Origin: Candidatus Fermentibacteraceae bacterium
GTDB taxonomy: Bacteria; Fermentibacterota; Fermentibacteria; Fermentibacterales; JCC-6
Direction: 5' to 3'
NCBI GenBank assembly: GCA_041750285.1
Contig: JBGSZS010000018.1
Location: forward strand, 1 to 64,000
DNA length: 64,000 bases
Both the position numbers and the translations under genes were made by a program. Below, one piece after another: positions 18,971 to 28,551 of this stretch (its first letter is position 1; every line of letters starts with the position of its first letter). The notes below the pieces were generated by a model. That model was not told the DNA's origin. It saw only the letters and a list, made by a program, of their open reading frames with translations, and searched no databases.

Positions 18971-20341
18971 CTATGGCGCGGCCGGACTGCCCTGGAGGCC
19001 GGGGAGGATCAGGCTGCAGACCGCCTCGGCGAGGATCCGGTTCGCCTCGGGTGTGACATGACAGCCGGATGGGGATTGGTAAAGGGTTGCGGTAACCGTG
19101 TCGAATGCCCCGACCAGCGAAAGGGCGTTTTCACGGGAGCCCATGATGGAATCCATCGCTCCGTACGCGGAAGTGAACAGCCCGGAGTAGAAGGGATCGG
19201 AGCCGTCAGGATATCCCGGGAACCCGCCTGCCCTGACCTGCCTCTCATGTTCGGTCAATGGTTTGTCACCGGCCCAGATCGCCGGTTGAAGCAGGAAGTA
19301 GCAGCGGAACCCGTAAGCCTCGGAAAGCCTGACCACAAGGTCAAGGTTCCTGGCGTAGAGAGCCGCCGTTCGGGAGGCGAGGATGCCGGCCTGGGCAGTG
19401 GCGCTCACGCTTTCCTCCCTTTCCACTATCTCGGTCCTCACCGGAGGTTCGTAACCGAGCGCCTGCGCAAGGTCCGCGGTGTTGGTTCCCCTGATCAGCT
19501 GCCCGATCACGGAAGGCGCGGGCGACTGACCGGTCCTGCCCTCGACCCGGGCGCCGATGATGAAGAGCTTGTAGTGCGCTCCGGGAACACCGGACTGATA
19601 CGCTGACACGACATCGTTGAAACCGTTGATGAAGATGACGATGTCCGGCCTGAGGCCGTCCCGTAGAAGCAGCATGAGGTGAATCACCTCCTGGGTGGAC
19701 ACCCATCCCACGACGCCGTGGTTCACAATGCTGACTGGGCGTTCGAGGGTTTCCCCGAGAATGGCCGCCATCTGTGAAGGTATTGTGGATGAATCGGGAA
19801 CACCCAGACCCCAGACCAGGGATGACCCGAAAACGTGAATGCTGAGGGCCCCGGGGTCGGATGAAGTGCCTGTAGTAACCCTGCGGCCCAGAGAATCGGA
19901 ACTCTCCGGGGGGGGAAGGTCGGGAAGGGTCTTCCATAGAAGATAGGGTTCGTACCGGTTGGGTGGCTCATTGCTCCTCGCGGGCATTTCGATACCGCTG
20001 GACTGCCCGGTTCCACCGGAGGGGTCCCCCCCGAACGCGATGATCGCCTTCATGACCCCGAAGGAGGCCAGTTCGAGCACGAGGAGAAGCATGAGCATGT
20101 TCAGAAGGATGACCGCGAACGCCCGGTACGCCCTGGAGAAGCGCCTGCCCAGAACCCCCGCCAGAACGAGGATGAGACCGGAAAGCACGACAAGGCCCTG
20201 ATTCGGATTGAAGGAAGGCCCTGAAGCCAGCCCAAGGCAACGGCCGAACAGGCCCGCAAGACAGAGCACGGCGCCGACCCCCGCGCCAGCACGTCGCAGG
20301 GCCGAAACCGCTTTGTCACTGAGCCGGCGGGAGTCGTCCAA
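18971..20341 (-). CDS. Membrane-anchored SGNH-fold protein (three N-terminal TMs)
   Basis: VFGSSLVWG, NHGVVGWVSTQE, INGFND; block V reads SGCH and lacks the usual Asp. Confidence 0.8.
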   Translation of the reverse strand: MDDSRRLSDKAVSALRRAGAGVGAVLCLAGLFGRCLGLASGPSFNPNQGLVVLSGLILVLAGVLGRRFSRAYRAFAVILLNMLMLLLVLELASFGVMKAIIAFGGDPSGGTGQSSGIEMPARSNEPPNRYEPYLLWKTLPDLPPPESSDSLGRRVTTGTSSDPGALSIHVFGSSLVWGLGVPDSSTIPSQMAAILGETLERPVSIVNHGVVGWVSTQEVIHLMLLLRDGLRPDIVIFINGFNDVVSAYQSGVPGAHYKLFIIGARVEGRTGQSPAPSVIGQLIRGTNTADLAQALGYEPPVRTEIVEREESVSATAQAGILASRTAALYARNLDLVVRLSEAYGFRCYFLLQPAIWAGDKPLTEHERQVRAGGFPGYPDGSDPFYSGLFTSAYGAMDSIMGSRENALSLVGAFDTVTATLYQSPSGCHVTPEANRILAEAVCSLILPGLQGSPAAP

Positions 20342-20449
20342 GGTCTTCGTTCCGTTCCTTCAGGATCGTGATCAGGGCGTTTCGCCGGGAGGGAAACCTC
20401 GGGAAGCGCCGCCTGCAGAACCGTACTTTAAGGCCGGCATACCCCGGGG

Positions 20450-21994
20450 TCAATGTCGGTCAGTCATTCGGATCAGCGCGCCGTCCGGAAGGTTCCCGGA
20501 AACATCTCCAAGAACGGCTCTGATCCTGTCCGAATCCCCGTTCGGGGTTGCGAATATGTCTACACCGGAAAAGCCCACCACAACGGGGCCGGATGTTTCC
20601 AGAACGGCCAACCTGTCCCATTCTCCGGGCACTTCCTCCATGAACACGCTGCCGTATATCATGACCAGACCCGCTCCGTCGGCTTCCACCATGCGCCTCA
20701 TCCAGCCCGTTCCCCTTTCGAGGTGGTGCTTCCTTGACTCTTCGTTGGCGAGCCCCCAGAGGTCGAGCACATGGTTCGGGTTGCCGTAGGAGACCCACCC
20801 TATGTCGTTGACCGCGATCCTGTCACCGTAGGCCAGCGCGATCCTGCGCATCACGCCGTGCTGAAGGTGTATGACCCTGGAAGCCAGGGGCGTCTTCAAT
20901 GTGGTTCCAAGCTCGGGCAGCATGAGAAGGGTCAGGGGAAGCAGGAGGAGGCACGCCCTGACGAGCGGCCTGCCTGAGCACACGAAACGGTTCACAGCCG
21001 CCCTGAATGGCCATGCCAGGGCGAGGACGAGTATCAGCATGGAATAGACATGGTAGCGGCCGAACCACCCGAACCTTCCCAGGACGATGTGACCCAGGCC
21101 AACCGTGAAGCCGAACAGCGCAACGAGACGGTCCCCGCCCCCCCGGCGGGCGAACCGGACCACGGCGGCAGCCAGGAGAAGGGCTGCGAACCTCAGTGCA
21201 TCGATGTCGGACGAGTACATCCGAAGCCGGTTGGCAAGGGATCCGGCCAGACCGCCCGTCAACCCGCCTTCGGCAAGCTTTGCGAGCACCGAGCCTGGCA
21301 GGGGGGGCAGCCCCCGGGACAGAAGGAAGAGCGAGAACAAGGCGAGCGGAGCTACGGAGACGGCGGGGAGCAGGAAAGCGGCGCCCCGCTTCCCCCGCAG
21401 AATAAGCACCAGGGCGGCGGCGAAGGTCACCGCGAGCATCTCGTAGCGCACCGAGGGTCCGAAAACCATGGCGAGGGCCATGCCGCATGTGATGGGGCCA
21501 CCGGAGGCCACATGCGTGACCCCCTCGAACACGGTGAGACACAGTGCGATCTGAAGGCTGTGCTCCATCCCTGTCATCACAAGGCCGAAGAGGTTGGCGA
21601 TCAATGCGAAACAAACCGCGAAAAAGCCGGGGAAGAAAGGCGGGGAGCCGGAGAACACGGTTCCGAAGAGCCTGCGCAGAACCAGGACCGACCAGAGAAG
21701 AGCGGCTGTGTTCATCAGAAGTGGCATGACCGGATGCAAGGGTGTGTCCGCGAACGGCGCCAGCATGAAATCCCAGATCACCGATGATGACGGTGCGCTG
21801 AGTTCCCCGGGGTTTATGCCGTAGCCGCCCCGGGCGATCTGCTCGCTTATGCTGAGATGGATGTAGGCGTCATCGAGGCTGTAGACCAGTTTCCCCGAGC
21901 ATAGAAACATCGATGCCCCTGCGAGCGCAGCCATGAGAACAAGGGTTGCCGCCACGACTGGAAGGCCTGGCCGGCGGGTGGCAGTGGCGTTCAC
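20450..21994 (-). CDS. Polytopic membrane protein, GT-C glycosyltransferase-like
   Basis: SLDDAYIH first-loop DD motif, TGMEH, VRYE, FGWFGRY, AVNDIG..., VLDLWGL. Confidence 0.7.
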   Translation of the reverse strand: MNATATRRPGLPVVAATLVLMAALAGASMFLCSGKLVYSLDDAYIHLSISEQIARGGYGINPGELSAPSSSVIWDFMLAPFADTPLHPVMPLLMNTAALLWSVLVLRRLFGTVFSGSPPFFPGFFAVCFALIANLFGLVMTGMEHSLQIALCLTVFEGVTHVASGGPITCGMALAMVFGPSVRYEMLAVTFAAALVLILRGKRGAAFLLPAVSVAPLALFSLFLLSRGLPPLPGSVLAKLAEGGLTGGLAGSLANRLRMYSSDIDALRFAALLLAAAVVRFARRGGGDRLVALFGFTVGLGHIVLGRFGWFGRYHVYSMLILVLALAWPFRAAVNRFVCSGRPLVRACLLLLPLTLLMLPELGTTLKTPLASRVIHLQHGVMRRIALAYGDRIAVNDIGWVSYGNPNHVLDLWGLANEESRKHHLERGTGWMRRMVEADGAGLVMIYGSVFMEEVPGEWDRLAVLETSGPVVVGFSGVDIFATPNGDSDRIRAVLGDVSGNLPDGALIRMTDRH

Positions 21995-23559
21995 ATCGAA
22001 CCGCCGGGCCGACCCAGGACGAATCCGTCATGCGTCAAGACGGCATCGAGGCCCGTGGATATGGAGGAACCAGTTCCGGTGAGTATCAGGGGCATCGATG
22101 CGGCCGGTGGTTCCGTACCCGTGAGTGAACCGAAGAAAGGGTCGAGATGGATGTCGAACCCCCCTGCCGAAAGGCGGTTCACCACTCCCGCCGACACGGG
22201 CCACAAATCCCCCGGAACGGGTTCGATGTACCAGCTTCCGCCGTGATCGGTGAGAAAGGCGCCCAGCGCCTCCGAAAGCTGTTCGACCCCTTCATGGTGG
22301 ACTGAGAGGGGGTCGAAAACCCCCTCCTCCAGAATCCCTGTACGCAAAACGACTGAAAATGCGATGTATGCCGCCGCAAGGGTCATTACAAGAGGGAGAA
22401 CCCTGAAGCGGGAGGTCACCCCCGGTGCGAATACCGCCAGAGTGCCTGCCAGAACGAACCATGAGAGGGGCGACGTCACCGAGAACCAGCAGAACAGGTA
22501 CTCGTGAAGGTTCCCCCTGACCTGCAGGACCGCAAGGAACATCACTGTGTGGGCAACGATGAGAAGTGTTGCCAGCGAACCCATGAACCGGCTTTTCCCG
22601 GTTATGCGGAGGAGGACCGCGCAACCCGTAATCAGGAACAGCCGGAAAAGAGCCACAAGAAGAACGGCATGATGAAGTATCCCGAGGGAGCGGAGAAAAC
22701 GCGGGGCAAGCAATCCCATCTCAGACGCCGTGAGTGCTCCTGACCATTCCCGAAGGGCCGACTTCAAACCGATCCCGGACGGGTTCCCGTCCAGGAACCG
22801 GATGATCCTGGTCACATTGCCCTCTCCGGGGGCGAATTCCTGTACGATGACGGGAAGCCAGAGGGCCAAACCCAGAACAAGTCCGGTCACTATCGGCCTT
22901 CCCGGAAGGCCTTCGTTCCCGGTCAAGGCCGGGGCGAAAAGCCTTCGGACCGGCAGGATGAGAAGCATCAGGGCAAGCACGACAGGCGCGCCCCCGAGGT
23001 GGGTCTGGGCCACCATTGAGCCGCAGACGACAGCCGCCGGAAACCAGCCCGTCCTTCCCGAGGCCACCGCGGCACAGGCCGTAACGAAGAGGAGAAAGGG
23101 AAAGATGATCACGAAGGGGTTCCAGTCCCGAAGCCAGACAACAGGAGAGGTCTGCATCATGTAAAGAAGCATCAGAAGGCAGAACATGATAGAGACAGTG
23201 TAGCCGCACGACTTCTTGACAAGCACGAAGGCGGCGGACAGACACACCGCGATGATCAAGGGCACGGTGACGTAGGAGGCCGAACCGGACCCCCCGGCGA
23301 TCAGGCAGAGGGGAATCCGGAGAAAGAGGTAGGCGGGTCCGGGATGGTTGAACCCGAACCTGGAGTATGGTCCGAGCAGCGACCGGCCTTCGGCGAGGTT
23401 CCGTGTGGAGATGTCCAGCATTGCCAGGTCCCCCTCCGCCGCCAGGTCAGGCATGCCGGAAAGCACGGCCCTGAAGGCGACGAGGAGCACGGGGGCCAGA
23501 AGGACCCCGAGAACGATCCACGGTAAAAGCCTGCCTTTGGCTGGTTCTGCTGAAATCAT
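21991..23559 (-). CDS. Polytopic membrane protein, GT-C-like
   Basis: EGDLA...LLGPYSRFGFNHPGP, WNP, AQTH, LWLPVIVQE; more than 10 TM segments. Start uncertain (23559 or 23610). Confidence 0.6.
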   Translation of the reverse strand: MISAEPAKGRLLPWIVLGVLLAPVLLVAFRAVLSGMPDLAAEGDLAMLDISTRNLAEGRSLLGPYSRFGFNHPGPAYLFLRIPLCLIAGGSGSASYVTVPLIIAVCLSAAFVLVKKSCGYTVSIMFCLLMLLYMMQTSPVVWLRDWNPFVIIFPFLLFVTACAAVASGRTGWFPAAVVCGSMVAQTHLGGAPVVLALMLLILPVRRLFAPALTGNEGLPGRPIVTGLVLGLALWLPVIVQEFAPGEGNVTRIIRFLDGNPSGIGLKSALREWSGALTASEMGLLAPRFLRSLGILHHAVLLVALFRLFLITGCAVLLRITGKSRFMGSLATLLIVAHTVMFLAVLQVRGNLHEYLFCWFSVTSPLSWFVLAGTLAVFAPGVTSRFRVLPLVMTLAAAYIAFSVVLRTGILEEGVFDPLSVHHEGVEQLSEALGAFLTDHGGSWYIEPVPGDLWPVSAGVVNRLSAGGFDIHLDPFFGSLTGTEPPAASMPLILTGTGSSISTGLDAVLTHDGFVLGRPGGSM

Positions 23560-23677
23560 GGTGCTTGCATATCCAACGGGGCCCCTGCGGTCAAGGAAGA
23601 GCCTGAACACGGATCGCGGGGTTTCATATATTCACAAAAAGGATACTCCTGATTGAACACCCCCCGAAAGGAGAGGT

Positions 23678-24802
23678 ATGAGTGACATAAGGGTTCTCGG
23701 CTGCGGAATGGTCGGCAGCGCGATAGCCAGGGACCTGGCTGCCTCGGGACACAGGGTGAAGGTTTTCGACAGCTCGCCTGAATCATTGAAGCGTGTTTCC
23801 GATGAAAAGGGAATTGAAACGGCGGTTCTCGATCTCTCATCCCCGGGGTCGGCATCGGGCGCCCTCGCTGGTGCGGACATTGCCGTCAACGCCGTCCCCG
23901 GCTGGATGGGGCTTTCCGTTCTTGAACAGGCGATCCATGCCGGAGTTGACATGGTCGACATCTCGTTCACTCCGGAAGACCCGGCACACCTCGACGGGTT
24001 CGCCCGTGAACACGGGGTTCGCTGCATAGTGGACATGGGCGTGGCGCCGGGACTGAGCAACATGCTCTTCGGGCGCGCCCTGGCGACCCTTGGTACGATG
24101 AGGAAGTTCACATGCAGGGTCGGCGGGCTTCCAGTTGAGCGGAAGCTGCCCTGGCAGTACCTGGCCCCATTTTCCCCCATCGACGTTCTCGAGGAGTACA
24201 CAAGACCGGCAAGGATAGTCAGGGACGGCCGGGTCGTGACACTCCCCGCCCTTTCCGAGCCGCAGGTCTACAACTTTCCGGGGGTGGGCACGCTTGAAGA
24301 CTTCCTCACGGACGGCCTGCGTTCCCTTCTCCGGTACAGCCACCTCGTTCCATCAATGGAGGAACGCACCATAAGGTATCCCGGCCACCGGGATGCCGTT
24401 CTCCTCCTCAGGGAGTCGGGTTTCCTTTCCACGGGAAGGATCGAACTGAGGGGAGGGGTCGAGGTTGCGCCCATTGACCTGACATCGAGGCTGCTCGTGA
24501 AGTCGTGGCAGATGAAACCCTCCGACCGTGACATCACGGTCATGAGCGTCGACGCCGAGAGCGCGGACGGGACCTCGCGGAAAGGCTGGCACCTTGTGGA
24601 CCATTACTGCGGAAGGACCCGCATAAGCTCAATGGCCCGCACCACAGGCTACACCTGCACAGCCGGCGTCGAGCTCATCCTTTCGGGTCTTCTTGCGAAA
24701 CCGGGTGTGATGTTCCCGGAGGATGTGGCAACGCGCAAGTCATGCTTCGACGTCGTGCAAAGCCATCTCGAACAGAGGAACATCCGCCTGGAAGAGGTCT
24801 GA
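23678..24802 (+). CDS. Saccharopine dehydrogenase / lysine 6-dehydrogenase family
   Basis: VLGCGMVG, DMGVAPGLSN, VGGLP, EEYTRPAR, TDGLRSL, TIRYPGH, SSMARTTG; strong RBS. Confidence 0.9.
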   Translation: MSDIRVLGCGMVGSAIARDLAASGHRVKVFDSSPESLKRVSDEKGIETAVLDLSSPGSASGALAGADIAVNAVPGWMGLSVLEQAIHAGVDMVDISFTPEDPAHLDGFAREHGVRCIVDMGVAPGLSNMLFGRALATLGTMRKFTCRVGGLPVERKLPWQYLAPFSPIDVLEEYTRPARIVRDGRVVTLPALSEPQVYNFPGVGTLEDFLTDGLRSLLRYSHLVPSMEERTIRYPGHRDAVLLLRESGFLSTGRIELRGGVEVAPIDLTSRLLVKSWQMKPSDRDITVMSVDAESADGTSRKGWHLVDHYCGRTRISSMARTTGYTCTAGVELILSGLLAKPGVMFPEDVATRKSCFDVVQSHLEQRNIRLEEV

Positions 24803-24817
24803 CAGAACTTCTTCACG

Positions 24818-24849
24818 AAAAAGGGGCGCCGGGTTTCCCCGGCGCCCCT
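24818..24849 (-). terminator. Rho-independent terminator between convergent genes
   Basis: 12-bp stem AGGGGCGCCGGG/CCCGGCGCCCCT with GAAA loop and a U-tract on the minus strand. Confidence 0.85.
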
Positions 24850-24865
24850 GTCTTCTTGCGGACTG

Positions 24866-25879
24866 CTAGAAGTTGTAGGTGGCCGCAACCTGTCCGAGGA
24901 AGCCGTTGCCGACTCCGCCGACCATGTAGGGACCGTCGTGAAGGAAGTCTTCGCCGATGGTGGCGTCAAGGATGAAGTTGTCCCACTTGAGGCCCACGCC
25001 GAAGTTGGTGTTGAAGCTGGTGGTGAGCTCGTTGTTGTCGCCCGAGGACCAGTACTGGGTGTTGCTGGTGGCGCCGGCGCGAAGGATGAACCACTTGCCG
25101 ATGCTCTGCTCGACCCCGCCGGTGAGCCTGGGGATGGTGATGGTCATCTGGGAGTCCATGTCTTCGTAGTCACCGCCGTAGCTGAGGCTGGAGACACCGA
25201 CGAAGGCTCCGGCGACGAACTGGGTCTTGGGGGCGATCATGTGGTTGTGGCCCGCGCCAAGGTCGAAGGTGACGGTGGAGATGCTGTAGTCGTTCTCGTC
25301 ATCGCCGTTGCTGCTCTGGTTGAAGCCGGCGCTGATGATGGGGAACAGGTTGAAGAATGCGTCCTGGTGGCCGCGAACCGAGGCGCCGACATTCAGGTTG
25401 CCAAGGTAGGGGTTGACATCTTCGAGGTCGATGTTGGTCTTGTCGTAGCCGACACCAAGAGCAAGGTCGGTGTAGTCACCGAAAAGGGCGATCTCGGTAC
25501 CCCAGGCAAGACCGATGGCGGTCTCCTTCTGGTAGATTTCCTCTTCGTTGTAGAACTTGTTGTAGTCGATGGAGAGGATCGCGCCCCATGCACCGGGGCT
25601 GAAAATGAACTCGTGCATGTAATCGTTGTGGTTGATTGCCACACCGAAGGTTGTTTCGCCGAAGTTCTTGGTCATGCCGAACCAGCCGTCGGATATGGAC
25701 TGATCGGTCTCGCTGCCCCCGGTGACAAACTCGTAGTCGCCGATGACGCCAGGATAGGCCCACATCTCAAGATAGTCGTCAAGCATAAGCCTGGCGTCGC
25801 CCCCGAGAACAACAAGCCTGGGGTCGCTTGCGAAAGCGGCAACCGCAAGCATCACGAGAACGGTGAGTGCCTTCCTCAT
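24866..25879 (-). CDS. Putative outer-membrane beta-barrel protein
   Basis: Signal peptide (..AAFA), alternating amphipathic strands, C-terminal VAATYNF, strong C-ending codon bias, RBS AGGAGG. Confidence 0.7.
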   Translation of the reverse strand: MRKALTVLVMLAVAAFASDPRLVVLGGDARLMLDDYLEMWAYPGVIGDYEFVTGGSETDQSISDGWFGMTKNFGETTFGVAINHNDYMHEFIFSPGAWGAILSIDYNKFYNEEEIYQKETAIGLAWGTEIALFGDYTDLALGVGYDKTNIDLEDVNPYLGNLNVGASVRGHQDAFFNLFPIISAGFNQSSNGDDENDYSISTVTFDLGAGHNHMIAPKTQFVAGAFVGVSSLSYGGDYEDMDSQMTITIPRLTGGVEQSIGKWFILRAGATSNTQYWSSGDNNELTTSFNTNFGVGLKWDNFILDATIGEDFLHDGPYMVGGVGNGFLGQVAATYNF

Positions 25880-26084
25880 GTCTCCTCCTTGTTTTGCATT
25901 GCACCCCTTGTAGGGTCTTCTTCCACACCCCGTATATGCGGCGTGTGCCGCAATTGCTTGGAATATATGAAACGGTGCGCGGGGTGAAAAGTCAACCCTC
26001 CGGAAACGTGCGCCCGAAGAAAAGACCTTAACCCTCCCTTAACACCCCCCCGCTATGTATGGCAGCATGCGACAGGAGGTTGCC

Positions 26085-27851
26085 ATGACTTCAAATGCAT
26101 GGTCCCGGGCGGACCTGCACGTCCACAGCTCGCATTCCGAGAGACCGTCGTTCTGGGTTCTGCAGAAACTCGGCGCTCCCGAGAGCTACACCGATCCACT
26201 GGAAGTCTACAGGATCTGCAGAAGCAGGGGAATGGACTTCGTCACGATAACGGATCACAACAGGATGGAAGGTTGCGCGGAGATCGCGCATCTCCCGGGA
26301 ACCTTCACCGGTGTCGAGGCGACGACGTACTTCCCGGAGAACGGGTGCAAGGTCCACTGCCTTGCCTACGGTTTCACCGAAACGCAGTTCAGGGAGATCC
26401 AGAGACTTCGCGAGAACATATACGACCTCGGGAGTTACCTGAGGCGGGAGAACATAGTCCATTCGATCGCACACCCCCTGTACAGCATCAACGGCAGGCT
26501 TGATCTCGAGACCTTCGAGAAGCTGCTTGTCCTCTTCAACCGGTTCGAGGGGCTGAACGGCTCCCGACATCCCAGGGCAAGCACCATCGCAACGGCGATC
26601 ATCGAAGGGCTGGACAGGGAGACCCTGTTCACGCTGGCTGACAGGCACAACATCGAGCCCCATGGCGAGGAACCCTGGAAGAAGTGGCTGACCGGGGGCA
26701 GTGACGACCACGGAGGGCTTCACTGCGCGTGCGCCTACACCGAGGCCCCGAAGTCCGGAAGCCCCGGGGAGTACCTTCGCATGCTTTCCTCAGGCAGGCA
26801 TGCAAGCGGGGGGAGGGGCGGCACCAGCTTCAGGTTGGCCCACACCATCTACAGGATCGCCTACCTCTTCTACAGGTCGAAACTCAGCCCGGAATCCGCA
26901 GGGACGAGTTTTCTGGGATCGGTTGTGAGAAGGCTCGCGGGCGTGCCCGTCGGAAGGCGCCTGATAAACGGCTACAGGACGCGGAGCCTCTCAAGAAACG
27001 AGAAACTCATCCTGAAAGCCTTTGAAAGCCTGTTCTCGGCGGGGGGGTCCGAATCGGCACAGGGCGACGGAAGCGACATGGAGAGGTTCGATCACGCATG
27101 CGAGATCAGCCAGCAGGTTACCCTCGGCTGCGCAGCGACAATGGTGGGAAGGTTGAAGAGCGGGAGGTACCTTGAGAGCTTCCAGTCACTTGCATCACTG
27201 GCGCCGGTGGCGCTGGCCGTGGCCCCCTATGTATCGGCCTTCGCCGCACAGCACAAGGATGAAGAGCTTCTGAAAGGTGCGGCAGCAGCCTTCAAAGCAT
27301 CGCGCCATCTTGTGGAAAGGTCTGGAAAGACCGTGTGGATAACCGATTCGATGCCAGGCATGCCAGACATCCGGCGGTCGATACGGGCACTTTGGGGACA
27401 GGCCGCCAGCCGCAACCCGGACATTATCTGCCTGGGAACCGGCACCGGTCTTCCAGGGAGGGTGTTCCAGCCGGTGGGCCGTCTGAAGGTGCCGGAACTG
27501 AACAACATGATCATCGGTTTTCCACCCTTTCTCAAGATGCTTGGCGAGCTTGAAAAGGCGGAGTACGACCACATGTTGATAGCCTCGCCAGGCCCCGCGG
27601 GGCTTGTGGGCCTTCTGGCGGCGGAGCTGCTTGGAATAAGGGCCGAAGCCCTCTTCACCCGGAACCTGATTCCCACCCGGAAGCAGAGCGCGGAGGATGA
27701 CGGCCTGTACGAACTGGCCTGGAGGTACTACCGCTGGTTCTACTCCCGGGTGGAGACCACGTGGTACTCTTCGGAGCAGACCGGGCTTCTGCTGAAAGAG
27801 CGGGAGATAACGAATGCCCGACGGCTGGGGACTAGATCACGCCAACAGTGA
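26085..27851 (+). CDS. PHP-domain protein fused to a partial GT4-like domain
   Basis: ADLHVHS, VTITDHN, GVEATTYF, AHP, GGSDDHGG; C-terminal TVWITDS...IASPGPAGLVG resembles the GT4 N-terminal half. Confidence 0.8.
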   Translation: MTSNAWSRADLHVHSSHSERPSFWVLQKLGAPESYTDPLEVYRICRSRGMDFVTITDHNRMEGCAEIAHLPGTFTGVEATTYFPENGCKVHCLAYGFTETQFREIQRLRENIYDLGSYLRRENIVHSIAHPLYSINGRLDLETFEKLLVLFNRFEGLNGSRHPRASTIATAIIEGLDRETLFTLADRHNIEPHGEEPWKKWLTGGSDDHGGLHCACAYTEAPKSGSPGEYLRMLSSGRHASGGRGGTSFRLAHTIYRIAYLFYRSKLSPESAGTSFLGSVVRRLAGVPVGRRLINGYRTRSLSRNEKLILKAFESLFSAGGSESAQGDGSDMERFDHACEISQQVTLGCAATMVGRLKSGRYLESFQSLASLAPVALAVAPYVSAFAAQHKDEELLKGAAAAFKASRHLVERSGKTVWITDSMPGMPDIRRSIRALWGQAASRNPDIICLGTGTGLPGRVFQPVGRLKVPELNNMIIGFPPFLKMLGELEKAEYDHMLIASPGPAGLVGLLAAELLGIRAEALFTRNLIPTRKQSAEDDGLYELAWRYYRWFYSRVETTWYSSEQTGLLLKEREITNARRLGTRSRQQ

Positions 27852-28548
27852 TGTTCCCGTTGACCGTCCCGATCTCCGACGAAGGTTCTCCCTGTACGGT
27901 GGCGCCCGTCCGTGAAGACGTCGTGGTGTCGAAACCTTCGACCGTCACGTTTCCGTTCACCGTCTCGGCCGAGAAGGCCGCATCGGCCGGAAGCAACGCA
28001 TGAATGCTTCCGTTCACGGTCTCGAGCTTCATTCCCCCGGAAAGACCGATGAAGGATGCGGTTATGCTGCCGTTCGTGGTTTCCGCCCCGGGGCCGCCCG
28101 CGGCGCCTTCGACGGTAATGCTTCCGTTGCCTGTCTCGAAGTCGATGAAGTGGGGTCCTGCTGACGTGATGCTTCCGTTCGTGACCTCAACAGAGGCATT
28201 CAGGGACAGATCGGAAGGGACCCGGACCCTGAAGCTCACCGACATGTTGCTTTGACCCCGGGGATACTCGACATCGTAGACAAGGGATGAAGGGGTTGAG
28301 ACCGCTTGGGCGGAAAAACCCTCGGGGATGCCCGTTCCGGCGTTGCCACGGATGGCCAGCGTAACCTCGACGACCGAGCCGTCCCAAGGTTCGATGCCCA
28401 CACTGCCGTTCAGGTTCCGGATGACCAGGCTTCCGCCCTGTTCGAGGGTGAAGGTTTCCGTTCTCTCCTCCAGAAGATCATCCCCCATCGTGAATGAACA
28501 CGCCGCCCAGGAGAGCAGCGTCGCGGCAAGAACAACCCCTGATCTCAT
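27832..28548 (-). CDS. DUF4097-like beta-strand repeat lipoprotein
   Basis: Lipobox-like WAAC; repeated T-x-NG-S/N-I/V motifs. Confidence 0.75.
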   Translation of the reverse strand: MRSGVVLAATLLSWAACSFTMGDDLLEERTETFTLEQGGSLVIRNLNGSVGIEPWDGSVVEVTLAIRGNAGTGIPEGFSAQAVSTPSSLVYDVEYPRGQSNMSVSFRVRVPSDLSLNASVEVTNGSITSAGPHFIDFETGNGSITVEGAAGGPGAETTNGSITASFIGLSGGMKLETVNGSIHALLPADAAFSAETVNGNVTVEGFDTTTSSRTGATVQGEPSSEIGTVNGNITVGVI

Positions 28549-28551
28549 GAA

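Noticed and set aside
20373..20415. Intergenic GC hairpin with a GAAA loop as an ncRNA
   Set aside because: It is short and matches no family I recognise; more likely an mRNA stability or termination element.
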